Positions 17,660-28,324 are shown, numbered from the stretch's first letter. The stretch: DNA of 64,000 bases from an uncultured Gemmatimonadaceae bacterium (GCA_963817955.1 CAWFQK010000002.1:96001-160000); one strand, 5' to 3'. The notes: a model not told the origin generated them from the letters alone. Made by a program: numbers and translations.

Positions 17660-19006
17660 ATGCCCGGCGACGATCGACGCCTGCTCGAGGACCTCTACCA
17701 CGCCGCCGTCGCCGGAGTGAATCCTGCCCGCGCCGTCTCGGCAGCGTTGGCAAGCGACAAGTCACGCAATCGTCCTGCGCCCTGGGTCCTCGCGCTCGGC
17801 AAAGCCGGGATGCGGATGTGCCGCGCCGCGATCGAGCACATCGAGTCGAGCGGGCGTGCGCTTCCTGGTGCACTGGTCGTGACGACCGATGACCACGAAA
17901 CACCGAGTGCTGGCGTCGAGGTCGTGCACGGCGATCATCCGGTCCCTGGTCCCGGGTCGTTCACCGCAGCCGAGCACATAGCAGCCTTCGTCGATCGCGT
18001 GTCAGCGGGCGACGCAGTACTCGTGCTTCTTTCCGGCGGCACGTCGAGTCTCGTCGCGGCGCCCGCGCGGGGAATTTCGGCACCGGAGATCACTCGCCTT
18101 TTCCAGAGCTTGCTCGGCTCCGGTGCCGACATCACCGCGTCGAACGCAATCCGCAAGCGATTCTCACGCTGGGCGGCGGGCCGCCTCGCGGTCGCGCTCG
18201 CGGAGCGCGGCGCCGCGCGTGTGCGCTGTCTGATCGTTTCGGATGTCATCGGTGACGATCCGGCGGTGATCGCATCGGGTCCGTGCGTCGCCGATCCGCT
18301 CACGGCCGAAGAGGTCCTGCGTCTCGTCGAGCGACGCGGATTGCAATCGTATCTCGCGCCATCTCTCTTGACGCATCTCGAGGCGGTTGTTCGTGGCGAG
18401 CTCCCCGAGACACCGAAGCCCGACAACCCCGCGTTCCGCCTGGTGACGTGCGAGATCATCCTCGGCAATCGGACCGCGCGCGATTGCGCGGCGGCACGCG
18501 CACACGAGATGGGACTGACACCGGTCAAGGTCGTCGACCAGGCGATTCAGGACGACGCGGCACGCACCGGCGAGCGACTCGTCAACGAACTGGTGCAGTT
18601 TCGCGAAGCCAGACTCCAGGAACACGACCAGCGCGCGGCAGCGGGCTGCATCATCTGGGGTGGTGAGACGACCGTGCACCTCGATCCGCAATCTCCGCCG
18701 GGCGGGCGGTGTCAGGAGCTCGCGTTGGCCGCGGCGCGTGCGCTCGATGCGCTGGGACAACGCGCGCATGGCATCTCGCTGATCGCCGCCGGAACCGATG
18801 GGCGCGACGGGCCTACCAATGCAGCGGGCGCCGTCGTCAACGCAAGCACATGGCGGGCGATTTCCGATGCTGCACGCGATCCCGCTCGCGACCTGGCGAA
18901 CCACGAGTCGCATGCATCGCTCGAATCGGTGGGCGCGCTGCTCCGTTCGGAATTGACGGGAACCAACGTGGGCGACGTCGTCATCGGTCTCGTCAGCGGG
19001 CGATGA
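17660..19006 (+). CDS. Glycerate 2-kinase (DUF4147/MOFRL)
   Basis: GKAG, HPVP, LLSGGTSSL, SDVIGDD..IASGP, GGETTV, GGRCQE, GTDGRDG and TGTNVGD. Confidence 0.92.
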   Translation: MPGDDRRLLEDLYHAAVAGVNPARAVSAALASDKSRNRPAPWVLALGKAGMRMCRAAIEHIESSGRALPGALVVTTDDHETPSAGVEVVHGDHPVPGPGSFTAAEHIAAFVDRVSAGDAVLVLLSGGTSSLVAAPARGISAPEITRLFQSLLGSGADITASNAIRKRFSRWAAGRLAVALAERGAARVRCLIVSDVIGDDPAVIASGPCVADPLTAEEVLRLVERRGLQSYLAPSLLTHLEAVVRGELPETPKPDNPAFRLVTCEIILGNRTARDCAAARAHEMGLTPVKVVDQAIQDDAARTGERLVNELVQFREARLQEHDQRAAAGCIIWGGETTVHLDPQSPPGGRCQELALAAARALDALGQRAHGISLIAAGTDGRDGPTNAAGAVVNASTWRAISDAARDPARDLANHESHASLESVGALLRSELTGTNVGDVVIGLVSGR

Positions 19007-19009
19007 CTT

Positions 19010-19206
19010 CGCACGGGATCGACTGCCAGCATGACCGGATCAAACCCGGAAAGTGCATACGCCTGTTCGTAGAGAACGGCGGCGCGCGCGTGATCGCCCG
19101 TCGAGTCGGCGGCGGCAGCGCGAACCATGGCGTCGGCGAATCCCTGGCCGCTGGCGGCGCAGATCGGGGCGCAGACGAGTGCGACGGCAAGCCAGCGGTA
19201 CTTCAC
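19010..19206 (-). pseudogene. N-terminal stub of a secreted protein
   Basis: GTG overlaps the upstream stop; KYRWLAVALVCAPICAASGQ signal plus one TPR-like helix, then runs into the convergent kinase gene. Confidence 0.4.
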
Positions 19207-19682
19207 GACTCTGCCGGGGAGGAAGCGAAGCGCACACCCTGCCGCCACGCGCGCACCATGCTCGCGCTCATCACAACGATCGTAAGCAGCAGCCAGGATT
19301 GCAGCACAACATGATTGGCATCCGGGGGGAGATGCATCCCGCGCCACGGCAACCACTGCACGGTCTGCGCGAAATTGGCCGCGTAGATTCGTTGCCATGC
19401 CGGGGACGCGCCGCTGACATACGGCAGCCAAAAGCTCGTGACTTGGAGACCCAGCCACAGTGTATAGAGCAGCACCACAACGCCGATCCCAACCCGCCAC
19501 CGGCGTAGCGCGGCTACGATACCACAGACCATGAGGATGCCCAAGGCAACATCGAGCTCCGGTTGGCCGTTTCCGTGACGAACGTCATTCCATGGAAAGA
19601 GGTCAACCCACTCAACCATTTCGAGATATACGCATAGCAGGATCTGAGTGATCGCGGACCCAACGTCAGCGCTTCGATTCAT
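19203..19682 (-). CDS. Hypothetical membrane protein
   Basis: About four hydrophobic segments; WVDLFPWND and LPPDANHVVLQ motifs. Confidence 0.7.
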   Translation of the reverse strand: MNRSADVGSAITQILLCVYLEMVEWVDLFPWNDVRHGNGQPELDVALGILMVCGIVAALRRWRVGIGVVVLLYTLWLGLQVTSFWLPYVSGASPAWQRIYAANFAQTVQWLPWRGMHLPPDANHVVLQSWLLLTIVVMSASMVRAWRQGVRFASSPAES

Positions 19683-20273
19683 CGCACAAGACTCCGGTTG
19701 AGAAACGCGACGACTCTCGGCCACGAATCGCTTTGCGCATGGGCATTGTGCCGGGCGCCGCCGCCGATCACGCCACGTCGGAGGCAGACTACCGCGCCAC
19801 GCTCGGCGCCCGATTTCCACTCAAGGTGCTCACGATTGAGCGCAGATTCAATAGGTACGCGCCGCGCCGCCCTCCGGAACATTCTCGACGACCATGAACT
19901 TGGACGGTGAATCCTCGTGGATCACCGACAACGTGCTATCGGCACGTTTCGGATTGAACACCAGTTGGGTCGTCGGGTCGAAACAGTTCATATCGGCGCG
20001 GCTCGGGACGCGGACGCGCGATACGACGCTTCCGTCGTCTGCGTTCACCACGACGACCTCGGTGTCGCACGCCATGAAGACGCGACGCGTCTGCGTGTCC
20101 ATCGTGAGCCCCTGGGCGCGACCGCAGCCGGGAATGTCCATTCGCGGCATCTCGAGATCGTGCAGAATCAGCCCCGGGCGTGGCGCGGCCCCTGTTTCGC
20201 CGGCGTACGCGCGCCCGATGATCGTTCCCGAGATAACCCGGTGTTTCGAGATACGGAGCTTCTTCACGATCAT
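19679..20273 (-). pseudogene. Mosaic of four gene fragments (GNAT, receiver, YncE-like propeller, acyl-CoA thioesterase C-terminus)
   Basis: 20212-20270 matches 14759-14817 (56/59 nt); 20136-20212 matches 14054-14130 (71/77 nt); then a propeller-like segment and GG..NAHAQSDSWPRVVAFL. Confidence 0.8.
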
Positions 20274-20322
20274 CCGTCAGGCCCCAACGTCCTCTCGTAT
20301 TGTCCCATCTCAGTATTCCGTC

Positions 20323-20373
20323 TTGCACCTAGCCAGACTAGCCAATAGACTGGTATCTAGCCAGACTGGCTAG
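20323..20373 (+). promoter_or_regulatory. Sigma70 promoter with operator repeats for phd-vapC
   Basis: TTGCAC-17-TAGACT; CTAGCCAGAC repeated; perfect palindrome CTAGCCAG-A-CTGGCTAG at 20357-20373. Confidence 0.65.
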
Positions 20374-20403
20374 GCAGGCCATTGGTACGGGCCGGAGGGC
20401 ACG

Positions 20404-20670
20404 ATGACGACATGGACGCTCGAAAAGGCCAAGAACCAGCTCTCTGAAGTCGTCCGCCGTGCGTTGGCGCATGAGCCCCAGCTCGTGACACGCGGTCGTC
20501 ATGACGCCGTCGTCGTGTTGGCCAAAGAGGACTACGAGCGGCTCGTCATGCCGACCGGCATCGTGGACTTCCTGCGGAATTCTCCCGCAGCCGCCGCGGT
20601 CGCCGCCGGTGACTTGCCCGAGGATGCATTCGAGCGGCACCAGGATCTGCCGCGTAACGTCGACCTGTAA
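20404..20670 (+). CDS. Phd/YefM antitoxin
   Basis: WTLEKAKNQLSEVVRRA...PQLVTRGRHDAVVVL; GGAGG RBS. Confidence 0.9.
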   Translation: MTTWTLEKAKNQLSEVVRRALAHEPQLVTRGRHDAVVVLAKEDYERLVMPTGIVDFLRNSPAAAAVAAGDLPEDAFERHQDLPRNVDL

Positions 20671-20690
20671 CGCGTTCGGGATCGCGACCC

Positions 20691-21110
20691 GTGCGATATT
20701 TGCTCGATACCAACGTCATCTCGGAGCCGTTCAAACGGACCCCCGAGCGGCGAGTGGTGGACTGGCTCAACGATCAATCTCCGCTCGACCTGTACCTCTG
20801 CGTGTTGACGCTCGGCGAACTGACGATGGGGTTTGAGCTCGCACCGGCGGGAAAGCGGCGAGACGACTTACAGAACTGGGTTACTCAGGATGTGCCCCGC
20901 CACTTCGTCGGCAGGCTTTTGTCGATCGATGATGAAATCGCCCGCGAGTGGGGACGAATGTCCGCTCAAGGTCGGGCGACGGGTCGAGAACTTCCGGCGA
21001 CGGACGGACTGCTGCTCGCAACGGCGCGCGTTCACGATCTCACGTTCGTAACGCGGAATGAACGCGACTGCGCCGGACGCGGCGTCGATGTTCTGAATCC
21101 GTGGACGTAA
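20691..21110 (+). CDS. vapC: PIN-domain toxin
   Basis: YLLDTNVISE, TLGEL, DGLLLATA, VTRNERD and NPW. Confidence 0.92.
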   Translation: MRYLLDTNVISEPFKRTPERRVVDWLNDQSPLDLYLCVLTLGELTMGFELAPAGKRRDDLQNWVTQDVPRHFVGRLLSIDDEIAREWGRMSAQGRATGRELPATDGLLLATARVHDLTFVTRNERDCAGRGVDVLNPWT

Positions 21111-21163
21111 GAGCGCAGGACGACGCTGCGGTTCATGACGCCGGTAGAACGCGTGCCGCCGTT

Positions 21164-21179
21164 CGTCCAGCTTGGGAAG
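21164..21179 (-). repeat. Second att-like tRNA-Gly fragment
   Basis: CGTCCAGCTTGGGAAG is identical to 31057-31072 (anticodon loop and 3' stem), same orientation, intergenic. Confidence 0.6.
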
Positions 21180-21207
21180 GAGGCCGGTCTATGGCAATCG
21201 GGCGCCG

Positions 21208-22121
21208 TCATGATTTGCTCGACTTCATTTCGTCGATGCGCCGGTTGATGGAATCAGGCACGAACATGTCATCCGAGCACTGCGCGATCTCGGCCGCCTC
21301 GCGCCACGCCTGCGTGAGCAGCGCGAGCTCGCCTTCCATCGCGCGCCGCTCGCTCTCTTCAGGCGCCGCCATCTCCAACGCGAGTCGAACGTCGGTCGGC
21401 AGCATCCGGAGCGGCACCCCGTACTTGAGATTGCCCAGGCGGGTGTCGGCAGGATCGGGGTCGTGTACGGTCATATAGCCACCGGACAACGGGGAGATCC
21501 AGTCTCGACGGGACTCAGCGACCGAGCGCGCGGAAGGTCCGGCAAAGCGTAGGAAGAGCTGCCGCGTGTCCGGCGTATCCTCGAGCATTTGCACTGCCGC
21601 GCTCACGGTTTTCGACCGAGCCCCGCCGGCATTGAGGGCCGGCAGCAGCTTGCCCACCGCGACCAGCGCGTCGCGTCCGCGCAACTCGGCGGTATGCTCG
21701 GTGGCATGCTCGACATCGCGAATCACTATCTCGTTCGTGCGGATGCGCGCTCGTGCCGTGCGTCGCCGGAGCTCGCAGGGCACGTTCAGCTGCCAGTCAT
21801 CCTCGATGCGCACGAGCCTGACGTCCTCGAGGTGAGAGCCTCGGACCAGCACCGGCAAGTCACAGCCGGGAATGCGCACGCGGGTGCGGGCGCGACGTCG
21901 GTCGATGCGCGGAGCCGCGTTGCGTGGAACCGCCGCTCACATTCCTCGATCGCTTCCCACCGCTCCTCGATCGGCGTCAGGTTCCAGCGCTTGCACTTCC
22001 CACACACCACCCAGAGCCGCCCGTGCGCCGCGTCGAACGCGACGCGTCGGCCCACTGAGCACTGCTCAATGGTTTCGTTCTTTCCCAGGTTCGCGTAGCA
22101 CCAGATGCAGGCGGAATACAC
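21208..22121 (-). pseudogene. Zn-ribbon hypothetical protein, split by deletion or frameshift near 21890
   Basis: N-part CIWC...CGKCKRWNL (22121-21786); C-part ending EESERRAMEGELALLTQAWREAAEIA in another frame. Confidence 0.65.
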
Positions 22122-22360
22122 GGAACGGAATCAATGGCCCATCCGGCTGTTGTGATAGAGTGCAGATCGATTTGCAGCGTTGCCCAGGGCAGCTTCGGAG
22201 ACCCTCCGCCATCGCCGAAGCCGATACGCTGCTGACGGTGCCCAACACGCTCCCCGTCGAATACAATGCACATGTCAGTGAATCGATCCTCACGCACGTC
22301 GCGCCCGCGCTCCGCTGGCGACAGACCTGCTGAGCCAGCGACTGCCTCCCCCATTTCTGC

Positions 22361-23991
22361 GTGACTCTCCTCTCGCTCTCCAACGTCGGCATCTCCTTCG
22401 GGGCGACAGAACTCTTCAAGAACATCACCTTCACCGTCGCCGAGCACGAGCGATGGGGCATCATCGGCCGGAACGGGGCGGGCAAACGTCGATCTTCAAC
22501 GTCATCACCGGCGATCTCGAGCCCACGGTGGGGAGCGTCGCGCGCAAGCCCGGGCTCCGGCACGCGTTGCTCGACCAGCACCGCGCATTCGAAGGCGCCA
22601 CGACGGTCTGGGAAGCTGGTGCGGCTGCATGGCGCGATGTGATCGCACTCGAGAAACGCATTGCCGGGCAGGCGATCGAATTGGGCGAGCTGGGCGAACG
22701 CGTCTCCGACGCGTTCCTCGAACGATTCGGCCACGATCAGGAGCGCTTCGCCGACCTCGGCGGCTACATCTATCACGCTCGCGTCGATGCGGTGCTGCAG
22801 GGCTTGGGCTTCGACGCCGAGGAGTCCAAGACACGGCTCGTTTCGACGCTCTCGGGTGGAGAGCGCGGCCGCGTCGGGCTGGCGGCGCAACTCATCGCGC
22901 CCGCCGACTTGCTACTGCTCGACGAACCGACCAACCATCTCGACCTCGACACGACGACGTGGCTTCAGGAATGGCTCAAGGAGGCCGACGAAACGGTCAT
23001 CAGTCGTCTCGCACGATCGCGCTTTCATGGACGCCATCTGCACGAACATCCTGCACATCGAAAGCGCGTACGAGCGAATCGCTACAAGGGCAACTACAGC
23101 CAGTTCGTGCCGCAGCGTGCCGAGCGACGGCTCACGCGCGAGCGGGAGATGGAGAAGCAGCGCGCGTACGTAAAGAAGGAAGAGGAGTACATTCGTCGGA
23201 ACATCGCGGGCGTCAACTCCTTTCAGGCGAAGGGTAAACGAAAGCGGCTGGAGCGGCTGCCGCGTCTTGCGCCGCCGCTGGGAGATCCCGCGGCGATGGA
23301 CGCTCACGTTCGAGATGGCCGAACGCGGCGGCGACCAGGTGGTCGCCGATGAAGGATCTGACCGTGTCGACGTGCCCGGCCGAGTTCTCGTGGACGACTT
23401 CACCGCGGTGTTGCGACGGAACGATTTCGTCGCGTTGATCGGACCGAATGGCGCGGGCAAGTCATCGTTCATCTCGACGATCCTTGGCGACCGCGCAGCG
23501 GCGAGTGGCGAGGTAAAGATCGGCGCATCGATCACCGCCGCGTGGTTTCGGCAGGACCTGTCAGCGACCTCCCTCTGCGGAAGACGATGTATCGGCGCAT
23601 CCAGGATCAGCGGCCGACGTGGAATCGCGGCCAGATGCAGAATCGTCTTGGTGCGTTTGGGTTCAGCGGCGACGAAGTCAACGCGAGATCGGCACGTTGA
23701 GCGGAGGGGAGCGGGCGCGCGTTGCGCTCGCACTCATGACACTCGCGAAAGCCAATCTCCTCATCCTCGACGAGCCGACAAACCACCTCGACGTCGAGAA
23801 CATCGAAGTGCTCGAAGACGCGCTGGAGGACTACGATGGCTACGGTGCTGCTGGTGAGTCACGACCGGGCCTTTCTGCGCGAGGTTGCGACGCGCGTCTG
23901 GGCATTCGATGGCGCGCAACTACGGGATTTCGATGGGCCGTTCGTCGAATGGGAGGCAGACCGCGCACGTCGCGCGGCGAAGGCGAAATAA
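22361..23991 (+). pseudogene. ABC-F family ATPase with multiple frameshifts (or sequencing errors)
   Basis: [36 protein letters not shown] and [10 protein letters not shown] spread over several frames. Confidence 0.85.
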
Positions 23992-24023
23992 TGAAAACGC
24001 TGCGTGACCGGCAGCTGCTCGGT

Positions 24024-26453
24024 TCAGCTCCGCAGTATGATCAGCGGATCGACCCGAGTTGCGCGAAAAGCCGGTCTTGCGCAGGCAACCACGACGACGG
24101 CGACCAGAACGGCTTCAGCGCTCAGCAGAGACATCCAGCCCAGGTCTTGCACCCCAAAGACTGACGATCTCATGGCGCGAACCACCAACAGGGAGAGAAG
24201 GAGACCGAGCGTCGATCCCACAATCAGCATGACGATCCCTTCGCGAAGGATCGGTCGGGCGACCTCTGTCACGTTTGCACCAAGTGCTCGACGGAGAGCG
24301 AGCTCGTGTCCTCGTTCGACCAATGCAGTGCTGACGATGCCAAAGAGGCCAATGGCGGCGAGGAGCAGCTCGAATGCTCCGCACGCCGCGAGAACCCACC
24401 CAAGAAACGCCTGCCTGCTTTGGAACAACGCGAGGTCGTCACCGACCCGATGGATCGGAGTGAATTTCGCGGTGGGCGCGACTGAGCGCAGCTCGCGTGC
24501 GATGGCCAACTCCGCGTTTCGAGAAGCCAGCGACCGCACCAGCAAGTGCGAGCCAGGCGCCGCAGCGTCGGAGCTCAGCACCATTAAAGATCCATTGTTC
24601 TGGATCTGCGGATCGTTCGGCGACAGGGTGAAAGGTCGGATCACGCCGATGATCGTGACTTGCGTCGCTGACGGCCTCGAACCACCCAGGCTGATGCGAT
24701 GGCCAACGATCTGACCACCCGGCAATAAGCGCCTTGCCAATACCTCATCGACGACAGCCACTTGACCGTCAGGATCTCCAGGGGCGAATGCTCGTCCCGC
24801 GACGAATTGCGTCCTGAGTACCGACGTCAGTTGCGGCGACACCACGTCATAGTTCGTCTGCGCAATCTCACGACCGGCGATGCCGATACGCTCGCCCGCT
24901 AGCCGCGTGCTGAACTGGAACCCGGCGGCTTGTGTCGTGGGCGACGATGCAACGGCGCTCAGCATTTGCTGATTCTGTTCGAGCGTTGCTTGGTAGGTTT
25001 GCTCGTCGGCCTGCGAAACAGGCCCAGTCGGAAGCTCGCGGCGCCCAACGGGCGGCCGCGCAACCCTTCCGAACTGATTCACCGTGGTCTGATACAGGCC
25101 CTCGAAATCCACGGCGAGGTGCGGGTCGCTTGCGTGCCGTAGGGAGCCAAAGACCGCGGAGGTTGCTACGACGAACGCCAATGAGATCGCCAGCTCGACG
25201 GCAAGGAATGCCCGATACCCAAACTTGCGTCTGCCGATCACGGTACTGCTCAAGTCCCGCAGTGGCTCGACAAGGTCGACCCGAGATCCCAATATTGCCG
25301 GCACAGCGCCGATGAAGGCGACGCTCGCGACGACGAGGGCGAGCCCGAACCCGAAGACTCGTGCGCTCAACGTCGGCTGACGAAAGAAGATCTGAAGCGC
25401 GGCCGGCATCCGGTCGTTGATGAGCCAAACAGACCAGACCGTGAACAGGTACGCCAGGAGCGTCCCGATTGCGACGATGATCATCCATTCGACGAGCAGC
25501 GTCATGATCAGCTGAGGTCGCGTCGCACCGAGCGAAGCACGCAGGGCCAACTCTCCGCGCCTGCGCGTCGCACGGACAATACTGAGACTGGCAAGGTTGC
25601 AGCACGCGAGCAGGACGACGATTGCCGACGCGATCGTGAGAAGGACCTGAGGGACCGCTGCGCCGTTCTGTGCGGCTTGTAGCGGAACGACAAGCGCCTC
25701 GGGACGTCGATCCACCGTCGGACGAACGCGACCTGCCAACCCCACCAGGCGCGCTCCGAGCACGTTCAAGTTTGCTTGCAGTTGCGGTCGACTGAGTCCA
25801 GGCCGAACGCGAACGTATCCCCTCACCGACTCGGTGCTATCGAGCGGCGCGTTCCGGCGGTGCAGTACCCAGGCTTCGGCCGCGACAGCGCCGGCGAACG
25901 CGCGCGGCGCGACACCGATGACGTGAAAAAGCGTGTCATTCAGGCGAAGCACGCAGCCGCCGGGGGTTGGACGTGTTTCACACTCCCGTTGCCAGAGACT
26001 CTCACCGATCACAATGGCATTGTCGGCGGCCGATGAATCGGCGGATACGAAGAACCGACCCGACCGCGGCGTGACACCCAGGACTTGAAAGAAATTGACT
26101 CCGACGTGTGCCAGCTCGGCGAGCCGTTGTTCCGTTTGCGTCTGCAGCAGTCGCGGGCCTTCCCACGCTTCGAAGGCAAAGCCGGATACCCCAGGAGTAC
26201 CGTCAACCAAGGACTGCAGCACTTCGGGTGCGACAACGAGTCCATGCTGACGATGGTCGACAAATGCTATCGTGTACAGATCGCGGGGCTGCGCGAACGG
26301 CGCTCGTGGATGAAGCACCGAATCGAGAACCGCGTACATCGTTCCGCTAATGGCAAGCGCAAGCCCAAGCGTGAGTGCAGCGGCGATGGCAAAGACCGGA
26401 TGCCGCCTCAAGTGCCGGGCGGCGAGTCGGAGCTCTCTTGCAAGACCGCGCAT
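24024..26453 (-). CDS. ADOP/MacB-like duplicated ABC permease
   Basis: 809 aa; [39 protein letters not shown] and [10 protein letters not shown]; no adjacent cognate ATPase. Confidence 0.9.
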   Translation of the reverse strand: MRGLARELRLAARHLRRHPVFAIAAALTLGLALAISGTMYAVLDSVLHPRAPFAQPRDLYTIAFVDHRQHGLVVAPEVLQSLVDGTPGVSGFAFEAWEGPRLLQTQTEQRLAELAHVGVNFFQVLGVTPRSGRFFVSADSSAADNAIVIGESLWQRECETRPTPGGCVLRLNDTLFHVIGVAPRAFAGAVAAEAWVLHRRNAPLDSTESVRGYVRVRPGLSRPQLQANLNVLGARLVGLAGRVRPTVDRRPEALVVPLQAAQNGAAVPQVLLTIASAIVVLLACCNLASLSIVRATRRRGELALRASLGATRPQLIMTLLVEWMIIVAIGTLLAYLFTVWSVWLINDRMPAALQIFFRQPTLSARVFGFGLALVVASVAFIGAVPAILGSRVDLVEPLRDLSSTVIGRRKFGYRAFLAVELAISLAFVVATSAVFGSLRHASDPHLAVDFEGLYQTTVNQFGRVARPPVGRRELPTGPVSQADEQTYQATLEQNQQMLSAVASSPTTQAAGFQFSTRLAGERIGIAGREIAQTNYDVVSPQLTSVLRTQFVAGRAFAPGDPDGQVAVVDEVLARRLLPGGQIVGHRISLGGSRPSATQVTIIGVIRPFTLSPNDPQIQNNGSLMVLSSDAAAPGSHLLVRSLASRNAELAIARELRSVAPTAKFTPIHRVGDDLALFQSRQAFLGWVLAACGAFELLLAAIGLFGIVSTALVERGHELALRRALGANVTEVARPILREGIVMLIVGSTLGLLLSLLVVRAMRSSVFGVQDLGWMSLLSAEAVLVAVVVVACARPAFRATRVDPLIILRS

Positions 26454-26501
26454 GCCATTCTCCCACGAGAGAATTGTTAATTGTGCGCACCGATGCCGCC
26501 A

Positions 26502-26598
26502 TCGGAACTAATACATAGGACCACACTCATCGTCGGACATATTGGCCCTTGCGCTGACCCCCCAATTTCGGAACTAATATATAGGACTACGATCATCG
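26502..26598. repeat. 31-bp direct repeat pair, 66-bp period
   Basis: TCGGAACTAATACATAGGACCACACTCATCG (26502) and TCGGAACTAATATATAGGACTACGATCATCG (26568). Confidence 0.75.
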
Positions 26599-26609
26599 CA
26601 CAACGCGCG

Positions 26610-27706
26610 GCTGCCGAGACGGGATCGATCGCGGCAAGATCGAATGCGATCGTGGCGAGACGGGATCGATCGTGGCGAGCTGGAAGTCGATCGTGGCGAG
26701 AGGGGATCGATCGTGGCGAGAGGGAATGCGAATGTGGCGAGATGGAATGCGAGCGTGGCGAGACGGGATTCGATCGTGTCGAGATGGGATATCGGGTGAG
26801 ATGGAATGCGATCGTGTCGAGATGGGATTCGATCGTGTCGAGATGGGATCCTAACGCGGCGAGATGGCATCGCAACGCGTCAAGCAGGGATCGTCGCGCG
26901 CCAAGATCGGATCGCAACGCGCCAAGCAGGGATCGTCGCCTGCTCAGACGGAATCCCAACAGATCAAGCAAGGATCGTTGCGCGTCGAGACGGAATCGCA
27001 ACGGATCAAGCAGGGATCGTTGCGCGTCGAGACGGAATCGTAACGCGGCGAGCAAGGATCCCAGCGCGGTGAGCCAGGATCCTCGCGTGCCGAGCAGGCA
27101 TCGCAACTTGCCGAGGAGGGATGCGATCGCGTCGAGATCGCATCGCATCGCCGCGAGACGGCTCTCTTGCGTGCAGAGACGGCACCCCAACTCGCCGAGA
27201 CACAATCGGAGCGCATCGAGCTGAGCATCCCAACTCGTCGAGACACAATCGGAGCGCGGCGAGACGGCACTCCAACTCGTCGAGACACAATCGGAGCGCG
27301 GCGAGACGGCACTCCAACTCGTCGAGACACAATCGGAGCGCGGCGAGACGGCACTCCAACTCGTCGAGACACAATCGGAGCGCGGCGAGACGGCACTCCG
27401 GCGCGTCGAGCTGGAATCCGAACTCGCCGAGACGCAATCGGAGTGCGGCGAGAGAGCACTCCAACTCGTCGAGCTGGGATCGTAACTCGTCGAGCGGGCA
27501 CCCCAACGCCTTGAGACGGGATCCCAACGCCTCGAGCTGCCACGCCACCTCGCTGAGGCGGCCCCCCAACTCTCCGAGACGACACCTCACCTCGCTGAGG
27601 CGGCACCCCAACTCTCTGAGACGACACCCCAATTCTCCGAGACGATATCGCAACTCCTCAAGACCACAGCGCAACTCCCCAAGACCACACCGCAACCGCT
27701 CGAGGC
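26610..27706. repeat. Degenerate 21-bp-period tandem array (~50 units) including 4 x 42 bp perfect repeat
   Basis: GAG/AAG anchor recurs about every 21 nt; exact 42-mer at 27231, 27273, 27315 and 27357; minus strand reads L-x-x-L-x-x-x heptads. Confidence 0.9.
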
Positions 27707-27791
27707 GGATGTTCCCGTTTTTCGACCCCGGCGCGTCGGGCGCCCATCGGGGGGCAGGTCCATTTCGGCGCCCCGTTGGCCGGAAGGCCAC

Positions 27792-28175
27792 ATGAAATAC
27801 AACGAAGGCAGTAGGCTGGAAGCGCTCCGCCGCATCGACGACGCGACTGCTCGCCGCGGCGGCGGCGATGGGCGAGGCCGCGGCGCGCCACGTGGCGGTG
27901 TTCACGGCCAACGGGCTCCCGGCGGATTTCATCGCGCGGTTGGAGGCGTCCGCGCAGGCGCTTCAGACCGCCATTGACGGGCGAGCGGCGCAAACCGGGG
28001 TCCGAAGCGGGGCGACGGCATCCCTGACGTCAGCATCTGCGCTCACGCGCGCGCGGCACAAGCGGACGCCACCACGCAGGACACTACGCAAGGCACGACG
28101 CAGGGCACGACGGCGGCGCCAGCAACGCCGCCTGCAGCATCACCCCCTCCAGCACCGCAGTTGCCGGCGGTGTAA
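27792..28175 (+). pseudogene. Collapsed helical hypothetical protein next to the array
   Basis: GGAAGG RBS; MKYNEGSRLEALRR, then LLAAAAAMGEAAARHVAVFTANGLPADFIARLEA, then ADATTQDTTQG...PQLPAV* in shifting frames; hairpin at 28210-28241. Confidence 0.55.
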
Positions 28176-28243
28176 CACGCCGCACCGGTAGTTCACACTC
28201 CGCAGTAGACGCGAACGGCCGCCCGAGGGCAGCCGTTCGCGTT

Positions 28244-28324
28244 CGAAAGTGGCGGGTCGATGACATCGGGCGTTTCATGATCTTCATTGGCCCAATCAGC
28301 TCCATCTTCGACATCTGCACCTTC
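28244..28324 (+). pseudogene. ~80-bp fragment of Mg2+ P-type ATPase (MgtA-like)
   Basis: RKWRVDDIGRFMIFIGPISSIFDICTF matches the recalled MgtA segment RFMxxxGPxSSIFD. Confidence 0.65.

Noticed and set aside
27231..27398. 42-bp repeats as a CRISPR array
   Set aside because: Units are contiguous with no unique spacers, and no cas genes are present.
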